Source of the DNA: an uncultured Flavobacteriaceae bacterium
Lineage (GTDB): Bacteria; Bacteroidota; Bacteroidia; Flavobacteriales; Flavobacteriaceae
Length of the DNA: 64,000 nucleotides
Assembly: GCA_947502975.1 (NCBI GenBank)
Contig: CANNBV010000002.1
Location: 685,251-749,250, forward strand
Direction of reading: 5' to 3'
Of this stretch, positions 36,645 to 46,085 are shown in pieces (within the stretch, counting starts at the first letter, position 1; each line of letters opens with the position of its first letter). Both the position numbers and the translations under genes were made by a program. A model generated the notes under the pieces. The model was not told where the DNA came from, searched no databases, and was given only the letters and a program-made list of their open reading frames with translations.

Positions 36645-38009
36645 ATGTTAAAATCATTAGTTAATAAGTATAACATAGCAGGACCACGTTATACAAGTTA
36701 TCCCACTGTTCCTTATTGGAACAGCAACACATTTTCTGTAGAAAAATGGAAAACATCTTTGGTGCGTTCTTTTAAAGAAAGTAATATAGAGGAAGGAATA
36801 AGTCTATATATTCATTTGCCATTTTGCGAAAGTTTATGCACATTTTGTGGTTGTAATAAACGCATTACCAAACAACATAGTGTAGAAGAACCTTATATTA
36901 ATGCGGTATTAAAAGAGTGGTATTTATATTTAGAATTATTTAGTGAAAAACCCAAAATAAAAGAAATACATCTTGGTGGTGGTACACCAACCTTTTTCAG
37001 TCCCGAAAATTTAAAGTATTTAATTTCTGAAATCTTAAACACATCAGAATTGGCTTTAAATTATGAATTTAGTTTTGAAGGGCATCCCAACAATACGACA
37101 AGCGAACATTTGCAAGCTTTATATGATGTTGGATTTAGACGTGTAAGCTATGGTGTGCAGGATTACAATGAAACTGTACAAAAAGCTATACATCGAGTTC
37201 AACCATTTGAAAATGTACAAAAAGCTACAGAATTGGCTCGAAATATTGGCTATACTTCAGTTGGTCATGACATTATTTTTGGATTGCCTTTTCAGACTTT
37301 AGAGCATGTAAAGACTACTATTTTAAAGACAAAATCCCTACTTCCAGACCGATTAGCATTTTACAGTTATGCACATGTACCATGGATAAAAGGCAATGGT
37401 CAGCGTGGGTTTCAAGATACCGATTTGCCAAGTGCAAGTTTAAAGCGTGCACAATACGAACTGGGTAAAACATTACTTGCAGAGGTTGGTTACGAAGAAA
37501 TAGGCATGGACCATTTTGCTCTAAAGACAGATACGTTATACCAATCTATGGAAAACGGAAGTCTTCATAGAAATTTTATGGGCTACACAGCTTCTAAAAC
37601 GCAAGCTATGATTGGTTTGGGCGTGTCTTCAATTTGTGATAGTTGGTATGGCTTTGCACAGAATGTAAAAGATATTAAGTCGTATTATGGTTTATTAAAA
37701 ACAGATACGTTACCAGTATTTAGAGGACATATTTTAAACGATGAAGACTTAATTATACGTCAACATATACTGAATTTAATGTGTCGCTTTAAAACGGTTT
37801 GGGGATACAAGTATCTAAATTTTGATGCATTGCCAGACACTTTAATTCAACTTAAAGAAATGGAATCAGATGGTTTAATCGAAATTCATACTAACACTAT
37901 TAAAATTACAGAAAAAGGGAAACCTTTTGTCCGTAATGTGTGTATGGCTTTCGATGTGTTATTAAAACGAAAGCAACCAGATACGCAGTTGTTTTCAATG
38001 ACAGTTTAA
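36645..38009 (+). CDS. hemN: Oxygen-independent coproporphyrinogen III oxidase (radical SAM)
   Basis: 454 aa with the radical-SAM motif CESLCTFCGC, GGGTPTF and the HemN C-terminal domain. Confidence 0.92.
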   Translation: MLKSLVNKYNIAGPRYTSYPTVPYWNSNTFSVEKWKTSLVRSFKESNIEEGISLYIHLPFCESLCTFCGCNKRITKQHSVEEPYINAVLKEWYLYLELFSEKPKIKEIHLGGGTPTFFSPENLKYLISEILNTSELALNYEFSFEGHPNNTTSEHLQALYDVGFRRVSYGVQDYNETVQKAIHRVQPFENVQKATELARNIGYTSVGHDIIFGLPFQTLEHVKTTILKTKSLLPDRLAFYSYAHVPWIKGNGQRGFQDTDLPSASLKRAQYELGKTLLAEVGYEEIGMDHFALKTDTLYQSMENGSLHRNFMGYTASKTQAMIGLGVSSICDSWYGFAQNVKDIKSYYGLLKTDTLPVFRGHILNDEDLIIRQHILNLMCRFKTVWGYKYLNFDALPDTLIQLKEMESDGLIEIHTNTIKITEKGKPFVRNVCMAFDVLLKRKQPDTQLFSMTV

Positions 38010-38026
38010 CGTTTAAAATTAAAATT

Positions 38027-38860
38027 ATGAAAAGAATTATTGTACCCATAGATTTCTCAAATCATTCAGAATATGCACTTAAAACAGCTGCTAAATTGGC
38101 TAAAAAATATAATGCAGAAGTGTTAGCATTACACATGTTAGAAATGTCAGATATTATGCTAACCGCTTCAGACGGTTTACAAAATGAAAAAGCAGTGTTC
38201 TTCTTTAAGTTAGCCGAAAAGAAGTTTAATGAATTTCTTAAAAAGGACTATTTACAAGATGTTAAGGTAACACCATTAGTAAAACATTTTAAAGTATTTA
38301 GCGAGGTAAATGACGTGGCTATAGAGCATAATGTCGATATCATTATTATGGGGTCTCACGGTACATCAGGTCTTATGGAATATTTTGTAGGCTCTAATAC
38401 TGAGCGTGTGGTGAGAAATGCAGACATTCCCGTTTTGGTAGTAAAACAAGAATTACCAAATATTAGTTTTGATGTTGTAGCGTTTGCTAGCGATTTTTCA
38501 GAAGAAAGCATACCCTCTTATATTAAAGCTAAGCAGTTATTCGAGAAAATGAAATCAAAGATGTATTTGGTGCATGTAAACCTTCCCAATGACCGCTTTA
38601 AAAGCAGTTTAGAAATAGAGCGCAGTGTTGTAAATTTCTTTACAAAAGCAGACAGGAATTTAGACAAAATGGAAGATGTATGCTACGTGGCCGATTATAC
38701 CGTTGAAGACGGCTTATTAAATTGCGCTAACAAAATAGGAGCAGACCTAATTGCAATTCCTACTCACGGCAGAAAAGGGTTGTCGCATTTCTTTGAAGGC
38801 AGTATAGGCGAAGATGTAGCAAACCACGCCACACTACCAGTCATAACGTTTAAGATATAG
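38027..38860 (+). CDS. Tandem-domain universal stress protein (UspA family)
   Basis: The track ORF starts at 37940 inside hemN. The ATG at 38027 gives the typical MKRIIVPIDFS N-terminus. There are two Usp domains with GSHGTSG and PTHGRKG ATP-binding loops. Confidence 0.85.
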   Translation: MKRIIVPIDFSNHSEYALKTAAKLAKKYNAEVLALHMLEMSDIMLTASDGLQNEKAVFFFKLAEKKFNEFLKKDYLQDVKVTPLVKHFKVFSEVNDVAIEHNVDIIIMGSHGTSGLMEYFVGSNTERVVRNADIPVLVVKQELPNISFDVVAFASDFSEESIPSYIKAKQLFEKMKSKMYLVHVNLPNDRFKSSLEIERSVVNFFTKADRNLDKMEDVCYVADYTVEDGLLNCANKIGADLIAIPTHGRKGLSHFFEGSIGEDVANHATLPVITFKI

Positions 38861-38888
38861 CTGCATATAAAGTTTGTTTAAAATTAAT

Positions 38889-38970
38889 TGGGCGTTACCC
38901 ACAAGGGGTCGGGCTTTCACGAGTCGCTCTCTGCGAGGAGCTCCAACAATCGCTCAATCCCTAACGCAGG
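38889..38970 (-). repeat. GC-rich intergenic repeat, family B (copy 3, diverged core)
   Basis: The reverse complement reads CCTGCGTTAGGGATTGAGCG...CGTGAAAGCCCGACCCCTTGTGGGTAACGCCCA. The arms are conserved and the 3' hairpin shows compensatory changes (ACCC/GGGT). Confidence 0.7.
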
Positions 38971-39164
38971 TATTTACTAGCTGAGTTTTTAGGGAGAATG
39001 TTGTTTTGTTTTTGGAGAGGTTCGTTTACCTATCTAGTATAACCGTCAGTTATGGGTTTTAAGCTACAGTTTTTCAGACTTAAACTGACGTTAGCAATTT
39101 CAAGAGGATTCATACGTAGTCGAATACACCGTAATTGCGGTTAAATATTGTTAGTACACATTTT

Positions 39165-39758
39165 TTAATTCAGTTCGTATTCTACTGTTGCTTTTATTTC
39201 TTCCGTTTTATTGTTAGTAATTAATGTAATTCCAGCTTTTTTTATTCTCTCACTTTTTGTTGGTTCAAATTTAATTTTGGAATATATTTCATTTTCGATT
39301 TCAATTTCAGACTTTCCAATTAGTTTTTTTTGAACAATGTCTGTTGGAATAAAATAATATTTAATTTCTCTTTTTAATTTCTCATTTTCGGTATATGCTC
39401 TAAATGTCACTTTTCGGAACAAGAATTCAGATAACAAAATAGTTTTCATAAAGAAAAGTAAAAATATTTGAGCATTAAGTCCTAGAGAGATAGAGCCAAT
39501 ATTAAGAGAAAAGTGGAAATTAAGAAACTGTGATAAATCTATTGTGTATTTTCCGATTATTAAATATGGAATTTGTGCTATAATCCAAATTACAGCTAAA
39601 AAATAAAAACTTGTCTTTTTCATAAAAAAAAGAATTGCTGATACAATTCCTATCAAGCTCACTATGATCGTTGGATTTAATAGATCATTCAAATTATTAT
39701 TAATCGTAAGTAAGCTTGTGATTAAAACAAAAATGTAAAATCCTGTCAATATTTTCAT
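39165..39758 (-). CDS. Orphan membrane protein (4 TM plus charged C-terminal domain), unknown function
   Basis: 197 aa with no motif recognised, flanked by 304-nt and 148-nt non-coding gaps. Confidence 0.5.
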   Translation of the reverse strand: MKILTGFYIFVLITSLLTINNNLNDLLNPTIIVSLIGIVSAILFFMKKTSFYFLAVIWIIAQIPYLIIGKYTIDLSQFLNFHFSLNIGSISLGLNAQIFLLFFMKTILLSEFLFRKVTFRAYTENEKLKREIKYYFIPTDIVQKKLIGKSEIEIENEIYSKIKFEPTKSERIKKAGITLITNNKTEEIKATVEYELN

Positions 39759-39906
39759 GTGACGAGTTTGGTTTTTAAATGTATGCCAACTTTAGCGGAT
39801 ATATGTTGTTTAAATGACTTATATCTGAAGGTAAACGAAGATAGTTGGAAATTTTTACAAAATCAAGCTACAATCTAAGATGATAACACTTAAAACATTA
39901 TTAAAA

Positions 39907-41301
39907 TTACTCGTTCTCTATCGCCAAAACATTAAATAAATTAGCTTTAGTTTTCAAGAAATCATTCTCGATTTCTATAGCTTTTAGTTTTGCATCAATC
40001 AATTTAGACTCTCGAGAGTTCACTAAAAACAATGAACTTTCACCCAAGAAAAACTTGCGTTCTTCGGCAGATAGCATTGTGGCATAATCATCAACGATTA
40101 CTTCGGTAAAATCACTTTGCGTCACGTAAGAATCTAATTCTTGGTTAATTGCATCAATCTTATTTCTTAAGCTTAGGCGCGTATCTTGCACTTCAAATCT
40201 AGTGTCTTGCAACTTCAATTTCGCCAATCTTAAATCGCCACGTTCTTTCCGTAAGAATAATGGAAAATTAATATTAAGTCCGCTTTTATAAGCTGATGTA
40301 CTAAATGACCGGGCAATTTCTGGAGTTTCTGATAAAAAGTTATACTGCAAATCTATTTGTGGTAAAAGATTATTCGCTTTTAAACGTTTTTCAATATTTA
40401 AACTTCTTATTTTATAATCCAAAGATTGTAGTTTTGGGTGACTTTCAATATCAAAACTTTCAATATCGAGCCTCGAAGTGTTTAGGGTTTCGTCAATACT
40501 TACAAAAGTATCTACGTTAGGTATTACATTATCTTCAAGTTCAATAGGCGTATTATTATCCAGCCATAAAAAATTGGATAATTCTAAGGACGCCTTTATG
40601 AATTTTATTCTAGATTTTTCTAGATTTAATTTTCGATTATTTAACGTAATTCTAGCTTCTAAAGTATCTATAGCGGGCTTATCACCAACTTCATAGCTCT
40701 TTTTGATACCATCAAATCGTATGGCAGCATTATCTAAAAAATCTTCGTAAACACGTTTTTCGTTGTAACGTCTTAACCAATTAAAATAAGTGACAGTAGC
40801 TTCAAATAAAATATTGTTGACTAACAACTGTCTATCAGCTTGTGCTTGTTTCACATACAAACGCGACTGCCTTAACATAGCCATACGCTTGTTGGTCAAT
40901 AAACCACGTGCTACAGGAATAGAAACACCAGCACTATACAAACCATCGACAGGAACATCAGCTTCAGGATTTAAAAACCTACCAGTATTCTCTTCAAAAT
41001 TACCTTTAAACTCTATACCAAACCAAGTTGGAATTTTAAAAGCTGCATTGAGTTTATCAAAATACTCGGTGTTCTTAAACTTTTTTCTATCGTAGTCTAC
41101 TTCCAATTTTGGGTCGAAAGCCCCACGCGCTTTCATTAATTTGGCTTCACTTTCATTGATTACCAAATTAGCTTGTTTTACAATAGGGTGGAACGACTTA
41201 ACATACCCCAAGTATTCTGCTAAGGATAAAACCGAAGTAGAATCTTGAGCAGCCACTAAACCACTAAAAAACATTAATATACATACGAGGATTACTCTCA
41301 T
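39907..41301 (-). CDS. TolC-family outer-membrane efflux protein
   Basis: 464 aa with a signal peptide and two OEP-type repeats. The start overlaps the hlyD stop (ATGA). Confidence 0.85.
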   Translation of the reverse strand: MRVILVCILMFFSGLVAAQDSTSVLSLAEYLGYVKSFHPIVKQANLVINESEAKLMKARGAFDPKLEVDYDRKKFKNTEYFDKLNAAFKIPTWFGIEFKGNFEENTGRFLNPEADVPVDGLYSAGVSIPVARGLLTNKRMAMLRQSRLYVKQAQADRQLLVNNILFEATVTYFNWLRRYNEKRVYEDFLDNAAIRFDGIKKSYEVGDKPAIDTLEARITLNNRKLNLEKSRIKFIKASLELSNFLWLDNNTPIELEDNVIPNVDTFVSIDETLNTSRLDIESFDIESHPKLQSLDYKIRSLNIEKRLKANNLLPQIDLQYNFLSETPEIARSFSTSAYKSGLNINFPLFLRKERGDLRLAKLKLQDTRFEVQDTRLSLRNKIDAINQELDSYVTQSDFTEVIVDDYATMLSAEERKFFLGESSLFLVNSRESKLIDAKLKAIEIENDFLKTKANLFNVLAIENE

Positions 41302-42656
41302 TTTTTATCTTTTTTTGAGGCTGTTTTGTTTCCTTCAGGCTGGTAATAATTTGGAGGGAAACTGTTGATTTGTCGCCATAATTCAAACCAAATAGGGACA
41401 TCTTCTAATAATGCAATGGTTTGTGCGCCAGAGCCAACACGAATAGCATTTGGCCACTCATGATCTGTTTCATCAGGAGCTAGTAAAATTCTGTATCTGC
41501 CATTATCTGAAATAAAGTTTTCTATGGCTACCACTTTTGCGCCATAGGTTCCGTAGGATACATTTGGCCATCCACTGAACACAATTGCGGGCCATCCATC
41601 AAATTGTACACGTACATGTTCACCAATATGTATCAAGGGCAAATCTATAGGGCGCACAAAGGTTTCTACTGCCAAATCATATTTTATAGGCATGATACCT
41701 ACCAATTCTTCACCTTCTTTAAAGGTAACACCTACACCGCCACGTATGGCTTTATTGATAATACCATTTAAAGGCGCAGTTACATATAATAAACTATTAC
41801 GACGCTCGTAGTTAGTTTTAGCGTTTTCTAGCTTGGTAACTTGTGCTTTTGTATCAAATTGACTAGACTGTGCCGTAAACATATCGCTTTGTGCTTTGGA
41901 TATTTTATCAGTAAATGAGGCTTTGGTTCTAGATAGTTCCAATTCAGCATTAATCACCTCATTTTGACTTGCTAAATATTTGTTTTGTTGCGATATCAGC
42001 TTAGCCTGCGTTTCCTGAAGTTTTAAGCGTTTTTCCTCTACATCTTTTACAGCTTTTAAACCTTCTTCTTGTAATGTGGCTATACGGTTATATTGCGTCT
42101 CAGCAATCTTTAAGTTGGTTTTTGCAGCTTGTAAATCAATACTATCACTTTGTACTTTTAAACGCGATTGCAATAATTTATTTCTGGTTTGTTCCAACTT
42201 TAGACTTCTTTCATTTTGAAGTGCAGAAATCTGCCTGTTCAATGCATCAACTTTTCCGCCATACGCATCAACTGATGAAGATTTTGCTATTATTTGGTCG
42301 TTCGTACGTTCAACTAATTTATCGTCGAAATAGTCACTTTTTACTTCAGAAATTCTTAAAATAGTGTCACCTACTTTTACTGTATCTCCTTCTTTTACAT
42401 ACCATTCTTCTATTCTTCCTGGTATTTGCGATTGAATAGTTTGTGGGCGCTGATTAGGCCTTAGGGTGGTTACCAAACCTCTACCAGATATATTTTGTGT
42501 CCAAGGTAAAAACAGGACGATTAAAATTATAATTGCAGCAGCTAGTAAAAACCTATTAAAGTATTTATAATACTTTTTGTTTAATACATTTTTTCCAGAC
42601 TTAAATACGCCTAGGTCAACAGTTTTATTCAATTGATTATTTGTGATATTAAGCAT
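41298..42656 (-). CDS. HlyD-family membrane fusion (periplasmic adaptor) protein
   Basis: 452 aa with a single N-terminal TM, a lipoyl-like segment (VKEGDTVKVGDTIL), a long coiled coil and a beta-barrel C-terminus. Confidence 0.85.
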   Translation of the reverse strand: MLNITNNQLNKTVDLGVFKSGKNVLNKKYYKYFNRFLLAAAIIILIVLFLPWTQNISGRGLVTTLRPNQRPQTIQSQIPGRIEEWYVKEGDTVKVGDTILRISEVKSDYFDDKLVERTNDQIIAKSSSVDAYGGKVDALNRQISALQNERSLKLEQTRNKLLQSRLKVQSDSIDLQAAKTNLKIAETQYNRIATLQEEGLKAVKDVEEKRLKLQETQAKLISQQNKYLASQNEVINAELELSRTKASFTDKISKAQSDMFTAQSSQFDTKAQVTKLENAKTNYERRNSLLYVTAPLNGIINKAIRGGVGVTFKEGEELVGIMPIKYDLAVETFVRPIDLPLIHIGEHVRVQFDGWPAIVFSGWPNVSYGTYGAKVVAIENFISDNGRYRILLAPDETDHEWPNAIRVGSGAQTIALLEDVPIWFELWRQINSFPPNYYQPEGNKTASKKDKK

Positions 42657-42666
42657 AGCCTGTTTT

Positions 42667-44325
42667 TTAGTTTTTAACTTTTCCTTTTTCTAGTGTAATG
42701 ACTTCACTACATTTATTTAACCAAGCATCACTACTACTAACAACTACCAGAGCCCAAGGCCTGTCTTCATGTGTTAAGTAATCAATAATAGTATTCGTTT
42801 CAGAGGGGTTAAACCTATCTAAAGCATCTTCTAGAATTAATACTTTTGGTTGTTTTAAAATAGCGCGCGCTAACACTATTTTTTTTGATAAAGTGTAAGA
42901 CATTTGCTTACCATCTGGATATAGTATGGTGTTTAAACCATCAGGTTGCTCTTTTATAAAACTTTTTAATCCAGCTTTTTCCAATACTTCCATGATTTGT
43001 TCATCAGTAATATTTGGATTGCCAAAGGTGAGATTGTCTTTAATGGTACCTTCAAAAGGCGTTTCGTCTGAAAGTGATAAACCTAATTGTGATCTGTAAA
43101 AATTTAAATGCAAACTATTAATAGACATATCGTTTACATAAAGATTTCCAGATGTAGCTTGAATCACACCAGCTATTAATCTTAGAAGGGTAGACTTACC
43201 AGAGCCACTTTCGCCTCTTATCAAAATGCGATTTTTTGGGTTTATAGTTAACGAAATATCCCTAAGAATATGTTTATCTCTATTGTTTACTTCATAAGTA
43301 ACATTATCTAGCTCAATCCTTATACCTTTACTAAACTGAGGTTGCTCACCAGTTTGACTTTCCAAGGTTTTATCTACAATCTGGCCTATTTTTTCTAATG
43401 AAGTTAATGTGTCATAGAAAGATTCTAAACCAAGAATTAGCTTTTCTACAGAAGCGATAACTAATAAAATAATAATTTCTGCTGCTACAAACTGTCCAAT
43501 ATTCATTTCCTGACTTAAAACAAGAGCACCACCAATTAATAATAAGCTTGCAGTTACTATAACTTTAAAACTTATCATTTGGATAAATTGTAGCATTAAA
43601 ATTTTAAAGTGATTTTCCCGAGCTGTCAGATAACCACAAACTAAATTATCATTTTTCTGTAGCCCTAAACTAGTACTTCCAGATAACTTAAAACTAATAA
43701 CAGATCGGGCGATTTCTTGTATCCAATGTGCTACCTTATATTTTTGTTTTGATTCTATTAAGCTGGTTTCTAGTCCTTTGATGGCTGTAAATTTGAAAAC
43801 CACAAATATCAATACCATGAGAAGTAAACCAAAAATGATAAAAAATGGATGGTAAAACGATAGCAGAATTAACGCGAATAATATTTGAAGAACCGCCGTT
43901 GGTACATCTATTAAAATTTTAGACAAGCTTTTTTGAATAGTTAAAGTATCAAAGAAACGATTTGCCAACTCAGGTGGGTAATAATTACGTAATTCGGACA
44001 TTTTAATTTTTGGAAACCTGTAGCTAAGTTCAAACGAAGAGCGCATAAAAATACGTTGTTGAATGGTTTCTATAATTCGTAATTGCATAAGTTGTAACAT
44101 ACCTGAAAACGCTACTCCAAGTGTTACCAAAATAACAAGAACTACCCACGAAGTTGATACTTGCGCACCTTGAATTAAATTAATTATGGCTTGTATACCT
44201 AGAGGAAGTGATAACGCTACAACTCCAGCAAAAATGGCATAATAAAATATTTGCAGAATGTCTCTTTTTTCTAATTGTAGCAGACCTAATAAGCGTTGCC
44301 AGGGTGTCATTTTTTCTTGTTCCAT
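42667..44325 (-). CDS. Type I ABC exporter (TMD-NBD half transporter) with a degenerate NBD
   Basis: 552 aa with 6 TM plus an NBD. Walker A GESGSGKST is intact. The Q-loop, signature, Walker B, D-loop and H-loop positions are non-canonical (see findings). Confidence 0.85.
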   Translation of the reverse strand: MEQEKMTPWQRLLGLLQLEKRDILQIFYYAIFAGVVALSLPLGIQAIINLIQGAQVSTSWVVLVILVTLGVAFSGMLQLMQLRIIETIQQRIFMRSSFELSYRFPKIKMSELRNYYPPELANRFFDTLTIQKSLSKILIDVPTAVLQILFALILLSFYHPFFIIFGLLLMVLIFVVFKFTAIKGLETSLIESKQKYKVAHWIQEIARSVISFKLSGSTSLGLQKNDNLVCGYLTARENHFKILMLQFIQMISFKVIVTASLLLIGGALVLSQEMNIGQFVAAEIIILLVIASVEKLILGLESFYDTLTSLEKIGQIVDKTLESQTGEQPQFSKGIRIELDNVTYEVNNRDKHILRDISLTINPKNRILIRGESGSGKSTLLRLIAGVIQATSGNLYVNDMSINSLHLNFYRSQLGLSLSDETPFEGTIKDNLTFGNPNITDEQIMEVLEKAGLKSFIKEQPDGLNTILYPDGKQMSYTLSKKIVLARAILKQPKVLILEDALDRFNPSETNTIIDYLTHEDRPWALVVVSSSDAWLNKCSEVITLEKGKVKN

Positions 44326-44327
44326 AG

Positions 44328-44999
44328 TTAAGATTTCAATGTGTTGACTACTAAGTCTTTATAAAATTGAGTTGGTGTAATGTCTGTATCGCAATCGGTC
44401 ATAGAAGCGAAATGAATTTTTAAGAAGTGCTGATGTAAACTCCCTTCTATGATGGTACTAGCTAAACTAGATGGGTATTTATAATCTGATTTTAAAGCAA
44501 TTACCATATCTCGTAAGCGATGTACGATACGCTTGTAAATAACAAAGTAGCCTTCTCTATTTTCTTGATCGACTTCTTTGGTTAAAAACGATTTTGAGTT
44601 TTCATTTATCATGATACGATTTAAAACAACCTCGTTGATATGCGAAAAATTTGAGTCTTCTTTAGTACTTCTTGTAACGACTTCTATAGCTTTTTGTAGT
44701 TTATCTAGAGGGTTTAAGTTATGGGTTTCAATAACTAATTGATATTCTATCCATGCCCAATACCAAGAAGATAAATACAAAAGTAGCTTGTGTTTACTTT
44801 CAAAATAGCGATAGATAGAACTCTCGTTAGAGCCTATTAATTTTCCTAGTTTTTTAAAGGTGAAACTATCAAAACCAATCTCGTCTATTAAAATAATGCT
44901 GTGCTCTACAATACGTTTGCCTAAGGATGATGACTCAGGATCTTTTACATATATTTTCTCTGGAACAGCAATCTTTAAATTTGAAAGTAGTGAATCCAT
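44328..44999 (-). CDS. TetR/AcrR-family transcriptional regulator
   Basis: 223 aa with an N-terminal HTH (FTFKKLGKLIGSNESSIYRYFESKHKLL). It lies 2 nt upstream of the ABC gene. Confidence 0.85.
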   Translation of the reverse strand: MDSLLSNLKIAVPEKIYVKDPESSSLGKRIVEHSIILIDEIGFDSFTFKKLGKLIGSNESSIYRYFESKHKLLLYLSSWYWAWIEYQLVIETHNLNPLDKLQKAIEVVTRSTKEDSNFSHINEVVLNRIMINENSKSFLTKEVDQENREGYFVIYKRIVHRLRDMVIALKSDYKYPSSLASTIIEGSLHQHFLKIHFASMTDCDTDITPTQFYKDLVVNTLKS

Positions 45000-45017
45000 A
45001 AATAATTATTTTGAACG

Positions 45018-45025
45018 CAAATATA
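45018..45025 (-). promoter_or_regulatory. -7 promoter box TATATTTG for the tetR-ABC-hlyD-tolC operon
   Basis: TAnnTTTG on the minus strand, 19 nt upstream of the tetR ATG. Confidence 0.5.
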
Positions 45026-45244
45026 ATAGCAATACTATTACAATTGAGAATATAACTATTGAATTTAATAATAGAATACATAAATATATTTTATGAATAA
45101 AATATTAGCGAATTAATCAATTGATAATCAATAAATTAATTTTAGGGTTTGACAAGATTTTGCTAACTATATTTATTTTTAAAAGCTAAGTTGAAGCAAA
45201 AAAGTACAATAATTATGAGAAGAAACTAGCCTTGGCAGATAACT

Positions 45245-45377
45245 GGGTTAGGGATTGCAACGGCATCCTTTTTTATGTCTGTTCGAGTGTTTTGTGAAGC
45301 ATGAACAAAATGTATCGAGAACACATAAAAAAGATATAGTGGAAAGCCCGACCTGAGGAACGAAGGGAACCCCCAAA
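45245..45377 (+). repeat. Composite repeat: family B copy 4 with a family A unit nested in its core
   Basis: B arms are GGGTTAGGGATTGCAACGGCATCCTTTTTTATGT and ACATAAAAAAGATATAGTGGAAAGCCCGACC...GGGAACCCCCAAA. They flank CTGTTCGAGTG-(TTTTGT..ACAAAA)-TGTATCGAGAAC at 45279-45322. The composite starts 6 nt after the tauE-like stop. Confidence 0.75.
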
Positions 45378-45382
45378 TTATT

Positions 45383-46084
45383 TTAATGGCAATTCATTCC
45401 ATTAGAAACCAACTCATAAACAGGAGCAGGAGAGAGGTAAGGAATGCCTAGGCCCAAACCGCGAAGGATAAAAAGTGCACCAATAAGCACGATAAATACA
45501 GGAATAGCTTTTTGAATGCGTTGTCTTGCTTTACCTTTTAGGAAATTACTGAAATAAATAGCGGTAGTCATTAATGGAATAGTACCCAAACCAAAAACTG
45601 CCATGTACAAACTGCCGTTTGTAGCATTTCCACCAGCCAATGCTGCGAAAAGTGCCATATAGACTAAACCGCAGGGTAAAAATCCATTTAAAAACCCGAT
45701 GGTTAAAAAGGTATCCATTGTCTTTTTTTTAAGTGCAGTTCCCAAAGCAGATTTTACTTTAGAAATGATCTTGTAGATGGGTTTAGAAAAGTTGTATTTA
45801 TTGAATGTTTTTTGTGGAACTGCAACCACTAAAATCATTAAAATTCCAATAATAATAGAGAGTTGCTGTTGGTATCCAAAAATAAACAGACTTTTGCCTA
45901 ATAGTCCAAACACTAACCCAATTAGACTGTAGGCTAAAAGTCTGCCGAAATGATACATACTTATTTGAGATACCTTTTTTAAAGTATTTGAGCGATCTAC
46001 GGGCAGCATAAATGCTATAGGACCACACATGCCTACGCAGTGAAAACTCCCTAATAAACCCAGTATGAACGCAGATAATAGCAT
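45383..46084 (-). CDS. TauE/SafE- or DsbD_2-type membrane protein of the cco cluster
   Basis: 233 aa, 6-7 TM, with an N-terminal HCVGMCGP motif. It occupies the usual position downstream of fixH in Bacteroidota cco loci. Confidence 0.7.
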   Translation of the reverse strand: MLLSAFILGLLGSFHCVGMCGPIAFMLPVDRSNTLKKVSQISMYHFGRLLAYSLIGLVFGLLGKSLFIFGYQQQLSIIIGILMILVVAVPQKTFNKYNFSKPIYKIISKVKSALGTALKKKTMDTFLTIGFLNGFLPCGLVYMALFAALAGGNATNGSLYMAVFGLGTIPLMTTAIYFSNFLKGKARQRIQKAIPVFIVLIGALFILRGLGLGIPYLSPAPVYELVSNGMNCH

Positions 46085-46085
46085 G

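Noticed and set aside
37940-38026. Track start of the Usp gene at 37940, inside hemN
   Set aside because: The extension overlaps hemN by 70 nt and encodes non-Usp sequence. The ATG at 38027 gives the canonical MKRIIVPIDFS start 18 nt after the hemN stop.
40305-42364. Plus-strand ORFs antisense to tolC and hlyD (40305..40520, 40478..40696, 40790..41095, 42074..42364)
   Set aside because: These are shadow ORFs within well-supported efflux genes.
45798-46028. 76-aa same-strand out-of-frame ORF inside the tauE-like gene
   Set aside because: It is entirely nested in a 233-aa membrane CDS whose own frame has the HCVGMCGP motif and regular TM pattern.
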